64,000 bases of DNA from a virus. Lineage: Duplodnaviria > Heunggongvirae > Uroviricota > Caudoviricetes. Where the stretch lies: IMG/VR virus record IMGVR_UViG_2724679226_000002, positions 1-64,000 of that record; one strand, given 5' to 3'. Position 1 is the first letter of the stretch; every line of letters begins with the position of its first letter. This document shows positions 37,067 through 47,018 of this stretch, one piece after another. The position numbers were made by a program, and so were the translations under genes. Under the pieces are notes generated by a model, which was not told the DNA's origin, did no database searches, and worked only from the letters and a program-made list of their open reading frames with translations.

Positions 37067-37897
37067 ATGGAGAATTTAATAGATATTGAAAACATAAAAG
37101 AACAAACATTTAAACAGTTTTATGCAGAGATTACAGAAAAAGAAAAGAATAATCCTAATGTATATTCTCATTGGATTTCTAAAATTGATAAAAGTAAATT
37201 AGCTATGAATATTGGAGATTATCAAACTATCCATCTACCGGAAGATATATTAGAACTGCTTTTAACCGATGGGAATTTGACAGAAGCAGAAGAGAATAAA
37301 ATAAATACTTTTATGTTGGATTCCTTAAAAGAAAATACTCCATTGCCATTATTTATGAAAAATGGATTATTTTCTAATAAATTTCAATTTGATAATTGTA
37401 TTATTACTCATCATTGCCAGTTTGCTAAGAAATTAAAGCAGATTTATTATGCGGGTATGTGTTATGGAGTGGATTTTACAACAGAAGTTGTTTTAAGAGA
37501 AGTGATTCCTATTTCTACCTCGCATTATATTTATGACAATATGCCATTAAATTTAGAATATCGTTTCTTTGTAGATATAGATAAAAAAGAAATTTTTGAT
37601 GTTTTAGATTACTGGCATCCAAGCATTAAAGAAAGATTATCAGAAAAACAAAAAATTTCTTTTGACTTTGGTAAAAAAGAACAAGGATCCAAATTTGAAA
37701 AATATAAAGATAGAATTAAAGAAGAATTACAAAATTCATTAAAAAACAATACTTTTAATTTGACTGGAATATGGAGCATAGATATATTAGTCGATTATTA
37801 TGATAATTTTTGGCTAATTGATATGGCAATAGCAAAGAATAGTTGGGGCGTGCATTTACTATCAGAAGAAAATCAAAAAAGAATTTTTGGACATTAA
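37067..37897 (+). CDS. hypothetical protein
   Basis: 276-aa ORF followed by a terminator hairpin (AGAGAGAAGAAAATCTCTCT plus a T-run). Confidence 0.5.
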   Translation: MENLIDIENIKEQTFKQFYAEITEKEKNNPNVYSHWISKIDKSKLAMNIGDYQTIHLPEDILELLLTDGNLTEAEENKINTFMLDSLKENTPLPLFMKNGLFSNKFQFDNCIITHHCQFAKKLKQIYYAGMCYGVDFTTEVVLREVIPISTSHYIYDNMPLNLEYRFFVDIDKKEIFDVLDYWHPSIKERLSEKQKISFDFGKKEQGSKFEKYKDRIKEELQNSLKNNTFNLTGIWSIDILVDYYDNFWLIDMAIAKNSWGVHLLSEENQKRIFGH

Positions 37898-37933
37898 GAG
37901 AGAAGAAAATCTCTCTTTTATATTTAAGGAGGA

Positions 37934-39511
37934 ATGATGTTTAATAAAGATTTTTATCCTACTCCGTGTAATTTAGCAGAAAAGATGATTTCTAAAATAG
38001 ATATGAAAGACTATTATTTTAGTATCTTGGAGCCATCTGCTGGGAAAGGAGATATACTAGATGTTTTGTTAGATAAAAATAAATACAGTAGAAAGAATTT
38101 AAGCATAGACTGCATTGAAATTCAACCTGAGCTAAGAAGTATCTTGAAAGAAAAAAAATATAGAGTTGTATATAATGATTTTTTAAGTTTTTATAGCCAA
38201 AAGAAATATGACATTATTATTATGAATCCACCTTTTAATAATGGAGATAAGCATTTATTAAAAGCCATTTCTATTATAAAGAAATATGGTGGACAAATAG
38301 TATGTTTATTAAATGCAGAAACCATTAAGAATCCATATACAATTTATAGAAAAGATTTACTAAGACAATTAGAAGAAAATAATGCAGAAATTCAATTTTT
38401 GCAAGATGAATTTAAAAATGCAGAAAGAAGTACAAATGTAGAGATAGCTTTAATTTATCTAAATATTCCAGAAAAAATTGAAGAAAGTGATTTATTAAAG
38501 AATTTAAAAAAAGCAGAAAAAGAAAAAGAGTATTGTTTTGAAACGAAGCAAGTAACGCATAATGATTTTTTAAAAAATATTATAGAGCATTATAATTTTG
38601 AAGTAAACGCTGGAGTAGAATTTTTAAAAGAATATGAACGAATTAAACCATTTTTTAAAAGTGATTTCGATGTAAAATATGAAAGATACTCAATTTCAGT
38701 TAAAGTAGGAGAAAATGGTTATGAAAGCGATAAAATAAATGATTTTATTTCTCTTGTTCGTAAAAAATACTGGAAACAACTAATTAGTAGTGATAAATTC
38801 AGACAATTATTTACAAGCAATATTTTAGATGAATTATGGAATAAAATTGAAGAATTGAAAGACTATGATTTTAATGAATACAATATTATGGAAATTCAAA
38901 AAGAATTAAATAGGAACTTAGTAAAATCTGTAGAAGAAACTATTTTATCTTTATTTGATAAATTATCTTACCAACATTCATATCGAGATGATTATGGAAA
39001 GAACATACATTATTACAATGGTTGGAAAACAAATAAGGCTTATAAAATTAATAAAAAGGTAATTATGCCGTTGAATGCTTGGTCTAGCTGGCATAATCGA
39101 ATGGAAACTTACCATATTATTGGAAAGCTTTTAGATATAGAAAAGGTTTTAAATTACTTAAATTATAAGGAAATTGAAAGTATTGATTTAAATAAGAGAA
39201 TTGAACAATGCTTTTCACAAGGAATTACTAAAAACATTGAATGCAAATATTTTACTTTAACATTTTATAAAAAAGGAACTTGTCATTTGGTGTTTAAGGA
39301 TGATGATTTGTTATTAAAATTTAATATCTTTGGAAGTCAGAAAAAAGGCTGGCTACCTCATGGATATGGGAAGAAAAACTATGAAGAAATGGAGCAAGGA
39401 GAGAAAGTAGTTATTGATTCCTTTCAAGGGAAAACAGAGTATGAGAAAGTAATTGGTGATAAAAAGAATTATATCATAGATGTTAATAGAAGTTTATTAG
39501 AACTGAAGTAA
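37934..39511 (+). CDS. DNA methyltransferase with a C-terminal DUF4942-like extension
   Basis: FYPTPCNLAEKM, EPSAGKGDIL and IIIMNPPFNNG are class-I SAM-dependent N6A or N4C methyltransferase motifs. A 330-aa C-terminal domain follows. Confidence 0.65.
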   Translation: MMFNKDFYPTPCNLAEKMISKIDMKDYYFSILEPSAGKGDILDVLLDKNKYSRKNLSIDCIEIQPELRSILKEKKYRVVYNDFLSFYSQKKYDIIIMNPPFNNGDKHLLKAISIIKKYGGQIVCLLNAETIKNPYTIYRKDLLRQLEENNAEIQFLQDEFKNAERSTNVEIALIYLNIPEKIEESDLLKNLKKAEKEKEYCFETKQVTHNDFLKNIIEHYNFEVNAGVEFLKEYERIKPFFKSDFDVKYERYSISVKVGENGYESDKINDFISLVRKKYWKQLISSDKFRQLFTSNILDELWNKIEELKDYDFNEYNIMEIQKELNRNLVKSVEETILSLFDKLSYQHSYRDDYGKNIHYYNGWKTNKAYKINKKVIMPLNAWSSWHNRMETYHIIGKLLDIEKVLNYLNYKEIESIDLNKRIEQCFSQGITKNIECKYFTLTFYKKGTCHLVFKDDDLLLKFNIFGSQKKGWLPHGYGKKNYEEMEQGEKVVIDSFQGKTEYEKVIGDKKNYIIDVNRSLLELK

Positions 39512-39528
39512 GGAGATGAGACAAGAAA

Positions 39529-39816
39529 TTGGATATTAACAAGCAAATAGATCAACTAATTGGAGTGACAGAATCATACAAAGCCCCGGAAAAACTACTG
39601 GAAATTGTTTTGGATTACCATAGATTAAAAAAAGTCACTTTGGAAATGTTAAAAGCACATAATTACAAAATGGATTATGACTGGTTTCATGAATACTTTC
39701 AATCCGAACATGCCGATAGAAAAAATAATAAACAAGACTTTACTCCAAATTCGATAGGAAATTTGTTGATTAGATTAAATCGGAAAACAGAGGGCATTAT
39801 ATATGAACCTGCATGA
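39529..39816 (+). pseudogene. possible methyltransferase N-terminal fragment
   Basis: ...QDFTPNSIGNLLIRL...IIYEPA then TGA. The FTP...EPA pattern resembles a methyltransferase N-terminus truncated at motif I. A terminator follows. Confidence 0.25.
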
Positions 39817-39971
39817 TGTATTGGTAAAAAGACAATAGTTTCTAGAATTTGAATGTATATTATTGTTTTATCTTAAAAATAAAAAGAAAATATAATAGGG
39901 TAAGGAAATTTTGAGGAGAGAAAAGAGCAAGAGATTGCTCTTTTTTTCTTTCAAAGAAAGAAGGGAGAAAA

Positions 39972-40235
39972 ATGAGAATTGATATCTATTTTTTAGAAAA
40001 AGAAGAAAAATTTCCGATTAGTGTTTATGATCGAGATGAAATTAAAGTTGGAGAAATATTAGAGTTAGGATATAAAGGTAAAAAAAAGAAATGGGTAAAA
40101 ATATCTAAAATGGAGCTTTTAAAATCTTCACAAGGAAAAAGTGAAAAAGTTGTGGAACTAACTTGTAGTCCATTGAGCATTGAAGAAAGAAGAATGATTA
40201 TAGAAGCATATTTGAAGAAAGGAGATGACAAATGA
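39972..40235 (+). CDS. hypothetical protein
   Basis: 87-aa ORF. Confidence 0.45.
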   Translation: MRIDIYFLEKEEKFPISVYDRDEIKVGEILELGYKGKKKKWVKISKMELLKSSQGKSEKVVELTCSPLSIEERRMIIEAYLKKGDDK

Positions 40236-40804
40236 ATATTACAAAACATGCACTGATGAGATATGTTTCTAGAACACATAAAATAGTAGAAATTAACGAA
40301 AAAACGTATGATAATTTTAAAAGGGAGAATGAAGCTTTAATTTCCGAATTAGAAGAGAGGTTACAAGAAGAATTTCTAAAAGCTGAATTTTTTATAAAAC
40401 AAAAACACGAGGGACATCAAGAAGCTTCTTTTTACATTAACGAGGATAAAATGATGACCTATGTTGTTGCAAATGGAAATATACTTACTTGTTACCCGAT
40501 TGATTTTAATTTAGATGAAATTGGGAATTTAGAGATGTATCACACTTTGAGAAAAAGTTTTAATCGGGAAAAAGAATTACTAAAAAGCATGGAAGAAAGT
40601 TCTGTAATTTCAAAAAAAGAAGAAGAAATAAAAGAAATAGAGCTAGAAATACAAATGTTATTATCGAAACAAAAACAACTGGAAAAAGGAAAACGGATCT
40701 TAGAAAATGAAATTGAAGTAGAAGAATTAAAAATAAATGATGTAAAAAATAAAATTTCATATATTGCAGAAAGAATTTCACGAAGTAGTAAAAAAGGGTT
40801 GTAG
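40232..40804 (+). CDS. hypothetical coiled-coil protein
   Basis: 190-aa ORF. Confidence 0.45.
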   Translation: MNITKHALMRYVSRTHKIVEINEKTYDNFKRENEALISELEERLQEEFLKAEFFIKQKHEGHQEASFYINEDKMMTYVVANGNILTCYPIDFNLDEIGNLEMYHTLRKSFNREKELLKSMEESSVISKKEEEIKEIELEIQMLLSKQKQLEKGKRILENEIEVEELKINDVKNKISYIAERISRSSKKGL

Positions 40805-40813
40805 TGGTGTAAA

Positions 40814-40999
40814 ATGAAAACTTTAAAAGAAATGTGCGACATTATGTTAGAAAAAAGAATTATAGAGAGTTTCGAAATTACAGAATTTGAAGAAATTATT
40901 GCATATACAGACGAGGGAATACTGCTACAAGAAAAAGATATCCAAAGGATTTATAACATAACTTTAGGAAAAAAGGAGAATAAAAATGAATGTGTGTGA
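40814..40999 (+). CDS. hypothetical protein
   Basis: 61-aa ORF. Confidence 0.4.
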   Translation: MKTLKEMCDIMLEKRIIESFEITEFEEIIAYTDEGILLQEKDIQRIYNITLGKKENKNECV

Positions 41000-42257
41000 A
41001 GCAGCAAGAAAAAGAATTCAATATGCTATTTCTGAATTTGACAATATTATTGTATCTTTTTCTGGAGGAAAAGATTCGGGAGTGATGTTAAACTTAACTT
41101 TAGATATTGCAAAAGAAATGAATTGTTTACATAAAATTGGAGTATACCATATGGATTATGAAGCTCAATATCAAGCTACTACTGATTATGTTACAGAAGT
41201 GTTTCATTCTTTACCAATAGAAGTGAAAAAATACTGGGTATGTTTACCAATTAAAGCTCAATGCAGTGTTTCAATGTTTCAATCATTTTGGCAGCCTTGG
41301 AAGTTTGAAGATAAAGAAATATGGTGTAGAAAATTACCTGAAAATTCCATCAATGAGGAGAATTTTCCATATTCTTTTGATTATGAGATTTCAGATTATC
41401 AATTTAATATTAAATTTGGCAAAGAAATAGCAAAGAAAGGAAAAACTTGTTTTTTAATTGGAATTAGAACACAGGAAAGTTTACATCGATACAAAGCAGT
41501 AAATAAGTTTGATGATAAAAATGAGTATGAAGGGAAAAAATATACCACTAAAATAAGTGAGAATCTTGTAAATATTTATCCAATTTACGATTGGCTTGTT
41601 GATGACATATGGATTTATAATTCTAAATTTCAAAAGAGGTATAACAAAATCTATGACTTGTTCTATCAAGCAGGATTAAAAGTAAATGCTATGAGGGTTG
41701 CAAGCCCTTTTAACGATGCAGCACAAGACAGTTTAAAACTGTATAAAGTAATTGATCCTAACAATTGGGGAAAATTAGTCGGAAGAGTAAATGGAGTAAA
41801 TTTTACTGGATTGTACGGTGGAACTACAGCAATGGGTTGGAAAACAATTAAGAAGCCGGATCATTTCACATGGAAAGAATATATGTATTTTTTGCTGGAC
41901 ACTTTGCCTAAACATACAAGAGAAATTTATCTAAAAAAATTAGAAACTTCCATAAAATATTGGACTGTAACTGGGGGAGCATTACCCAAAGAAATTGCAA
42001 AAGAATTAACAGTAGAACATGAAAATTTAGGAAAACCAAAAAATAATAGAAATTATACAACAGAATACGATGTAATACGTTTTAAGGATTATTTAGATGA
42101 AATAGAAATAAGCAAGCCTAATTTATTACCTACATACAAAAGAATGTGTATAGCAATACTTAAAAATGACACAAGCTGTAAAACATTAGGCTTTGGACAA
42201 ACAAAATATGAATTAGAGAAAAGAAAAAATATTATGGAAAAATATAGAAATTTATAG
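40986..42257 (+). CDS. PAPS-reductase-family (IbrA-like, DUF3440-type) protein
   Basis: IVSFSGGKDSGVMLNL is the PP-loop ATP-pyrophosphatase motif. A long C-terminal domain follows. The gene is paired with a ParB-like gene downstream. Confidence 0.65.
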   Translation: MNVCEAARKRIQYAISEFDNIIVSFSGGKDSGVMLNLTLDIAKEMNCLHKIGVYHMDYEAQYQATTDYVTEVFHSLPIEVKKYWVCLPIKAQCSVSMFQSFWQPWKFEDKEIWCRKLPENSINEENFPYSFDYEISDYQFNIKFGKEIAKKGKTCFLIGIRTQESLHRYKAVNKFDDKNEYEGKKYTTKISENLVNIYPIYDWLVDDIWIYNSKFQKRYNKIYDLFYQAGLKVNAMRVASPFNDAAQDSLKLYKVIDPNNWGKLVGRVNGVNFTGLYGGTTAMGWKTIKKPDHFTWKEYMYFLLDTLPKHTREIYLKKLETSIKYWTVTGGALPKEIAKELTVEHENLGKPKNNRNYTTEYDVIRFKDYLDEIEISKPNLLPTYKRMCIAILKNDTSCKTLGFGQTKYELEKRKNIMEKYRNL

Positions 42258-42267
42258 GAGGTATATT

Positions 42268-42774
42268 ATGTATCAAAGTCCAGTTTATAACATAAAAAAA
42301 GTTCCAATTGAGAAAGTTCAAGCAAATTCATACAATCCAAATAGTGTTGCTCCCCCAGAAATGAAATTACTTTATCAGTCAATTAAAAACGATGGCTATA
42401 CAATGCCTATTGTTTGCTATTATTTAAAAGATATTGATAAGTACGAAATTGTGGATGGATTTCACAGATATACAATTATGAAGAAGCATAAAGATATTTA
42501 TGAGAGAGAAAATGGTTGCTTACCTGTTGTAGTTATAGATAAAGACATTTCAAACAGGATGGCTTCTACAATACGTCATAATAGAGCAAGAGGAAGTCAT
42601 TCAATTGAGTTGATGACAAATATTGTATCAGAGTTAGTAGAAAGTGGAATGAGTGATGCCTGGATATTAAAAAACATTGGAATGGATGCTGATGAATTAC
42701 TGAGATTAAAACAATTGTCGGGATTAGCCAGCTTATTTAAAGATAGAGAATTCAGTAAATCGGAAGAGGAGTAA
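42268..42774 (+). CDS. ParB N-terminal-domain (sulfiredoxin-like) protein, IbrB-like
   Basis: NSYNPNSV...IVDGFHRY is ParB/Srx-like. Confidence 0.65.
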   Translation: MYQSPVYNIKKVPIEKVQANSYNPNSVAPPEMKLLYQSIKNDGYTMPIVCYYLKDIDKYEIVDGFHRYTIMKKHKDIYERENGCLPVVVIDKDISNRMASTIRHNRARGSHSIELMTNIVSELVESGMSDAWILKNIGMDADELLRLKQLSGLASLFKDREFSKSEEE

Positions 42775-42779
42775 AAAAA

Positions 42780-43160
42780 ATGTGGTTTGAAATTTATTTA
42801 CAGTATTCTGACATTATTTTAGAAACAGAAAAAGCAGTTTTGATTAGATTACCATATGAAAACATAGAGGAAGCTTGTTATTTTTATTATCCGAAAGCAT
42901 TGATAAAAGAAAAAAAGGGTAAAAAATATTTAATATTTATGTGGGAAAAACCATTTGTGAGAATTTATTATCGAGAAGGTAAAAGAGGAAAAAGAAAATA
43001 TATTTACACAAATGAAGATAGAAGTTTACGAGAAATTATGTATGATTTCGAAGATAGAACACCAACTCATTATGAGCAAAAAACAGAATATTTTAAGAGA
43101 AGAGCAAGCAAAATAACAATTCAGAAAGTGGAGGTTCCAGATGATTTACGAGATGAGTAA
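42780..43160 (+). CDS. hypothetical protein
   Basis: 126-aa ORF. Confidence 0.45.
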   Translation: MWFEIYLQYSDIILETEKAVLIRLPYENIEEACYFYYPKALIKEKKGKKYLIFMWEKPFVRIYYREGKRGKRKYIYTNEDRSLREIMYDFEDRTPTHYEQKTEYFKRRASKITIQKVEVPDDLRDE

Positions 43161-44337
43161 AGAGCAATTAGAGGCAGTTGAAAAATTAAAAAAATTAAAA
43201 GTAGGAGCTTTATTTATGGAAACTGGAACAGGTAAAACAATGACTGCTCTACAGTTATTTAATGACAGATTTCAAGCAAATAAAACAAATCATTTAATTT
43301 GGCTTGCGCCATTGAATACAAAAGACAATTTTTGGAAAGAAGTAAAAAAATATGATTTTGAAAATTTACCAATTACATTTTATGGAATAGAATCTATTCG
43401 GCAAAGTGGAAGAATTTTCTTAGAAGTTCTTAACTTAGCGAAAGAATTAGAAACATCATTTATTGTTTTAGATGAGAGTTTAAAAATAAAAAATTACGTT
43501 CAAGTTTCTCAAAGAATTATTAAAATTGGAAGATACTGTAAATATAGGCTGATTTTAAATGGTACATTAATATCTAAGAACTTTTTAGATCTTTACAATC
43601 AATTAGATTTTTTAAGTCCTAAGATTTTAAATATGAGTTTTCTAGAGTTCAGAAATCGTTTTACAGATGAAATTATTGTAAAGAAAAATGGAAGAGAATT
43701 AAAAAGAATTGTTTCCGACAATGCAAATGAAGAAGCTTTATTTAAAATGATTGACAATTATATTTATCGTTGTGAATTAGTTTTAAACTTAGAACGAGAG
43801 TATGTGAAATACTATTATGATTATTTTGAAAAAGAAGAAGAGTATAACAAAATTAAAGATAGAATGCTAGATGACTTGGAAAGAGGAGGATTTCATTTCT
43901 TAGAATATGCTCAAAAATTACAATCTATTTATGCAGTAACAGAAGATAAGAAGAAAGTTTTTGAAGAGATTTTAAAGGAATATCCAAAATGTATTGTATT
44001 CTGTAAATTTATAGAATCTCAAGAATATTTAAAAGAGAAATACCCGAATATTTTAGTGTTAAGTTATCAAAAACATAGTTTTGGACTCAATCTACAAGAA
44101 TACAATGTAATAGTATTTTGGGATAAGACTTTTGATTATGCTACTATAGAACAAGCAGAAGCTCGTATTTTTAGAATTGGACAAACAAAGTCTTGCACTT
44201 ATATAAGAATGCAATGTGATTGCGGGTTAGATAAAATGATAGCTGGAAATATCTGTAAAAAAGGAAATATGTTAGAAAATTTAAAAATAGAATTTATGAA
44301 ACAAATAGAAGAGAGAAAAAAGGCTAGTTTGACCTAG
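43141..44337 (+). CDS. compact SNF2-family helicase
   Basis: Motif I (METGTGKTMTAL), motif II (LDESLKIKN), LILNGTLISKNFLDLYNQL, and a C-terminal QAEARIFRIGQTK box. Confidence 0.7.
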   Translation: MIYEMSKEQLEAVEKLKKLKVGALFMETGTGKTMTALQLFNDRFQANKTNHLIWLAPLNTKDNFWKEVKKYDFENLPITFYGIESIRQSGRIFLEVLNLAKELETSFIVLDESLKIKNYVQVSQRIIKIGRYCKYRLILNGTLISKNFLDLYNQLDFLSPKILNMSFLEFRNRFTDEIIVKKNGRELKRIVSDNANEEALFKMIDNYIYRCELVLNLEREYVKYYYDYFEKEEEYNKIKDRMLDDLERGGFHFLEYAQKLQSIYAVTEDKKKVFEEILKEYPKCIVFCKFIESQEYLKEKYPNILVLSYQKHSFGLNLQEYNVIVFWDKTFDYATIEQAEARIFRIGQTKSCTYIRMQCDCGLDKMIAGNICKKGNMLENLKIEFMKQIEERKKASLT

Positions 44338-45620
44338 CCTTGTATAATTTTTTGTATTTCTTCAATACTACTATGACTAATTAAATAGAAGTTGTGAGTA
44401 ACACTTTTTAGCTTATTGAAAAAAATATGGGAATTTCGAGAAGTGTCGAAAATAATGAGATCATATTTCTTAATTCCGGACATAGATTTCAAAATATCTT
44501 CACTACGAATAAAAGTAATAGGAAGATTTGAGCTTTTTATCTTTTCATATGTCCATTTTCCACCTAAAACAACTATATTTTTAGGATTCATTTTTGGATC
44601 TTTAGGTGGAATTTCTTGCGAAATTTCTAATTCTTCAACAATGGTTTTGTTTATGTTTAACTCGTTTTCTAGTTCTTGAAGTTTTAGTTGTAATTTTTCA
44701 TTCTGATATTTTAAATAATAATTTTCTTTTTCTAATTCTTTATTTCTTGCTATTAAATCTTCATCGTTTGTTACAATGATTTTTTTCTCTAATGACAACT
44801 CCAATTCTCTTTGTAATAGCTCTACTTTATTTTTTAGACTTTGATTTTCTTTTGTAACAGAAGAAATTTCGGGAGTTTTATTTTGCCATTCTTCATACAT
44901 TGCTGCGATTTTCTGTAAATATGTTTGCAATAAAATGTAACTTTTTTCAGCTTTATAATGTGTTTCAAAAATTTGTTCTAGATACTTATAAGCAAAATCT
45001 AATAATCCTCTTCTAACTTTATAGCCACCTTCTATCTTTTCTGCTAAAAACTTTTTATATAGCTCTTCATCACTTATATTTCCAATATATTTTCCATTTA
45101 GATAATGTTCTAATTCAATCATATAGCTTGTCATTTGAGTACAATCATTGTAAATTTCCTGTAGCTTTTCATCTTGCTTTGTATCGTAGTTTTCTAAAGT
45201 TTTTAAATAAAAGCTCTCACAAAAAGCATAAACAGAATCTTTTGGGACATTGTTAGAATTATAATAAAGTAAAATCATTTCCGGAGCAATTCCATCTCCT
45301 CTTTCCGGAATAAAATAATCCTTTTCAAATTCTTTTTTTAATTCTTCAATTGAATATGACATATATTTTTCTGTTCTACTATTATTTATTTTTTGTAATT
45401 TATTAAAATAAAAGGCTCCTTTTTCAGAAAAGTCAAGAATTTCTGTAAAAACTTTTAATATATTTTCATTGTAATCCTTATCTAATTTAAAAAGAATAGA
45501 AAGATCTGTTTGGGAAAAATTGTCTACCAATAAATCCATGATAATTGTTTTATGTAATTTTAATAATTCTTTAATAAAGTTCTTTTGTTTTAAAGAAAAT
45601 TTACTTTTAATTTTTTTCAT
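44334..45620 (-). CDS. hypothetical 428-aa protein, antisense to the operon, with an alpha-helical N-terminus, a coiled coil and an alpha/beta C-terminal domain
   Basis: It converges on the helicase gene, and their stops overlap. The central coiled coil reads LKNKVELLQRELELS...KLQLKLQELENEL. The C-terminus reads NIVVLGGKW...YDLIIFDTSRNSH, which looks Rossmann- or flavodoxin-like. Confidence 0.55.
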   Translation of the reverse strand: MKKIKSKFSLKQKNFIKELLKLHKTIIMDLLVDNFSQTDLSILFKLDKDYNENILKVFTEILDFSEKGAFYFNKLQKINNSRTEKYMSYSIEELKKEFEKDYFIPERGDGIAPEMILLYYNSNNVPKDSVYAFCESFYLKTLENYDTKQDEKLQEIYNDCTQMTSYMIELEHYLNGKYIGNISDEELYKKFLAEKIEGGYKVRRGLLDFAYKYLEQIFETHYKAEKSYILLQTYLQKIAAMYEEWQNKTPEISSVTKENQSLKNKVELLQRELELSLEKKIIVTNDEDLIARNKELEKENYYLKYQNEKLQLKLQELENELNINKTIVEELEISQEIPPKDPKMNPKNIVVLGGKWTYEKIKSSNLPITFIRSEDILKSMSGIKKYDLIIFDTSRNSHIFFNKLKSVTHNFYLISHSSIEEIQKIIQG

Positions 45621-45683
45621 ATTATCACTCCCTCAAACTTATATTACCATATTTTTTATAAACTAAGAATACAATTGTAAATG

Positions 45684-45705
45684 TGTTCCCAAAAAAATAG
45701 GAACA
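45684..45705. promoter_or_regulatory. palindromic operator TGTTCCCA-N8-GGAACA upstream of the first ParB-like gene
   Basis: TGTTCCCAAAAAAATAGGAACA. A near-identical palindrome lies at 49119-49140 upstream of the second ParB-like gene. Confidence 0.5.
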
Positions 45706-45732
45706 TTTTTCCTATTATGAGGAGGTGTAGAA

Positions 45733-46218
45733 ATGAAAATTGAAAAAAGAAAGTTAGAAACATTAAAACCTTATGCAAATAATGCGAAGGAACATCCGGA
45801 ATGGCAAATTGAACAGATAAAAGAAAGTATCAAGCGATTTGGGTTTAACGATCCAATTGCTATTGATGAACAAGGAAACATTATTGAAGGTCATGGAAGA
45901 TACTTAGCAAGCATACAACTAGAATTAAAAGAAGTTGATTGCATTGTGCTAGGACATTTGACAGAACTAGAGAAAAAGGCATACATTATAGCTCACAATA
46001 AGCTAACGATGAACACTGGATTTGATTTATCTATTTTAGAGGAAGAATTATCTAATTTAAAAGAGAATAAAATCGATTTAGTAATTACCGGATTTTCTGA
46101 ATATGAATTAGAGACATTACTATCTAGTAATGAATTAGAGTTAGATGAGGTTCTATCTGACGACGAAAAGAGCAAACAAGAAGAAAAAAGATGTCCTCAT
46201 TGTGGAGGGATTCTATGA
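45733..46218 (+). CDS. ParB-like nuclease-domain protein, copy 1
   Basis: LKPYANNAKEHPEWQIEQIKESIKRFGFNDPIAIDE..IIEGHGRY. A C-terminal CPHCGG suggests a zinc ribbon. A paralog lies at 49185. Confidence 0.7.
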   Translation: MKIEKRKLETLKPYANNAKEHPEWQIEQIKESIKRFGFNDPIAIDEQGNIIEGHGRYLASIQLELKEVDCIVLGHLTELEKKAYIIAHNKLTMNTGFDLSILEEELSNLKENKIDLVITGFSEYELETLLSSNELELDEVLSDDEKSKQEEKRCPHCGGIL

Positions 46219-47018
46219 ATTTGTATCTTGCTAGTTTAGAGAATGACTATGTAACAATTGAAACTATGATTGATGTAAAACCCTTGTTTGTTTTAGGAAG
46301 TTTTCACTATTTGCAGAAATTAAAACCAGGCATATTGCAACAGTATTTTTCATATATTAACAGCGATGATTGTAAGGGATTTATTTTAGATAGTGGAGCA
46401 TTTAGTATGTTAAATGCAAAAGGAGGAGCAGAATCATTTCTTAAAAACTTGGATGACTATATTGAGAACTATATAGAATTTATTAAATTCTGGAATGTTA
46501 AGAATTTTATAGAATTAGATATTGATCCATTGGTAGGGTACTCAAAAGTTCTCAAAATAAGAGAGAAAATAGAAAAAGAAGTAGGAAGAAAAAGTATTCC
46601 TGTTTGGCATATTTCAAGAGGAATAAATGAATGGAAAAACACAGTAAAACTATATGAATATGTGGCAATTGGTGGAATTGTTACGAAGGAGATTAAGAAA
46701 AAAGATTATAAAAAAATATTCCTACCATTGCTAAAAATAGCTAGAAGTGAAAAATGTAATGTTCATGGGCTTGGTTTTACAGGAAAAGAAATCAATGATT
46801 TTCCATTTTTTTCTTGTGATAGTTCTACCTGGACGACTATAAATAGATTTGGAAGTATGCCTATTTTTTCTATTACAGAAAAATGCATTAAAAATAAGAG
46901 TATTTCAGAAAAAAGAAAGATAAAACTTGGAAATGAAACAAGAATGAAATTAACTAAGTATTCGATTATGGAATGGAAAAAATTTCAGATTTTTTTATTT
47001 AAAGGAGAAGCGAATTAA
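46215..47018 (+). CDS. tRNA-guanine-transglycosylase-like protein (candidate DpdA-type DNA 7-deazaguanine transglycosylase)
   Basis: FILDSGAFSMLN resembles the TGT catalytic LDSGGFQ motif. GSFHYL and a later GGIV fit the TIM-barrel layout. It is co-located with a YhhQ transporter. The assignment is moderate, from motif memory only. Confidence 0.5.
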   Translation: MNLYLASLENDYVTIETMIDVKPLFVLGSFHYLQKLKPGILQQYFSYINSDDCKGFILDSGAFSMLNAKGGAESFLKNLDDYIENYIEFIKFWNVKNFIELDIDPLVGYSKVLKIREKIEKEVGRKSIPVWHISRGINEWKNTVKLYEYVAIGGIVTKEIKKKDYKKIFLPLLKIARSEKCNVHGLGFTGKEINDFPFFSCDSSTWTTINRFGSMPIFSITEKCIKNKSISEKRKIKLGNETRMKLTKYSIMEWKKFQIFLFKGEAN

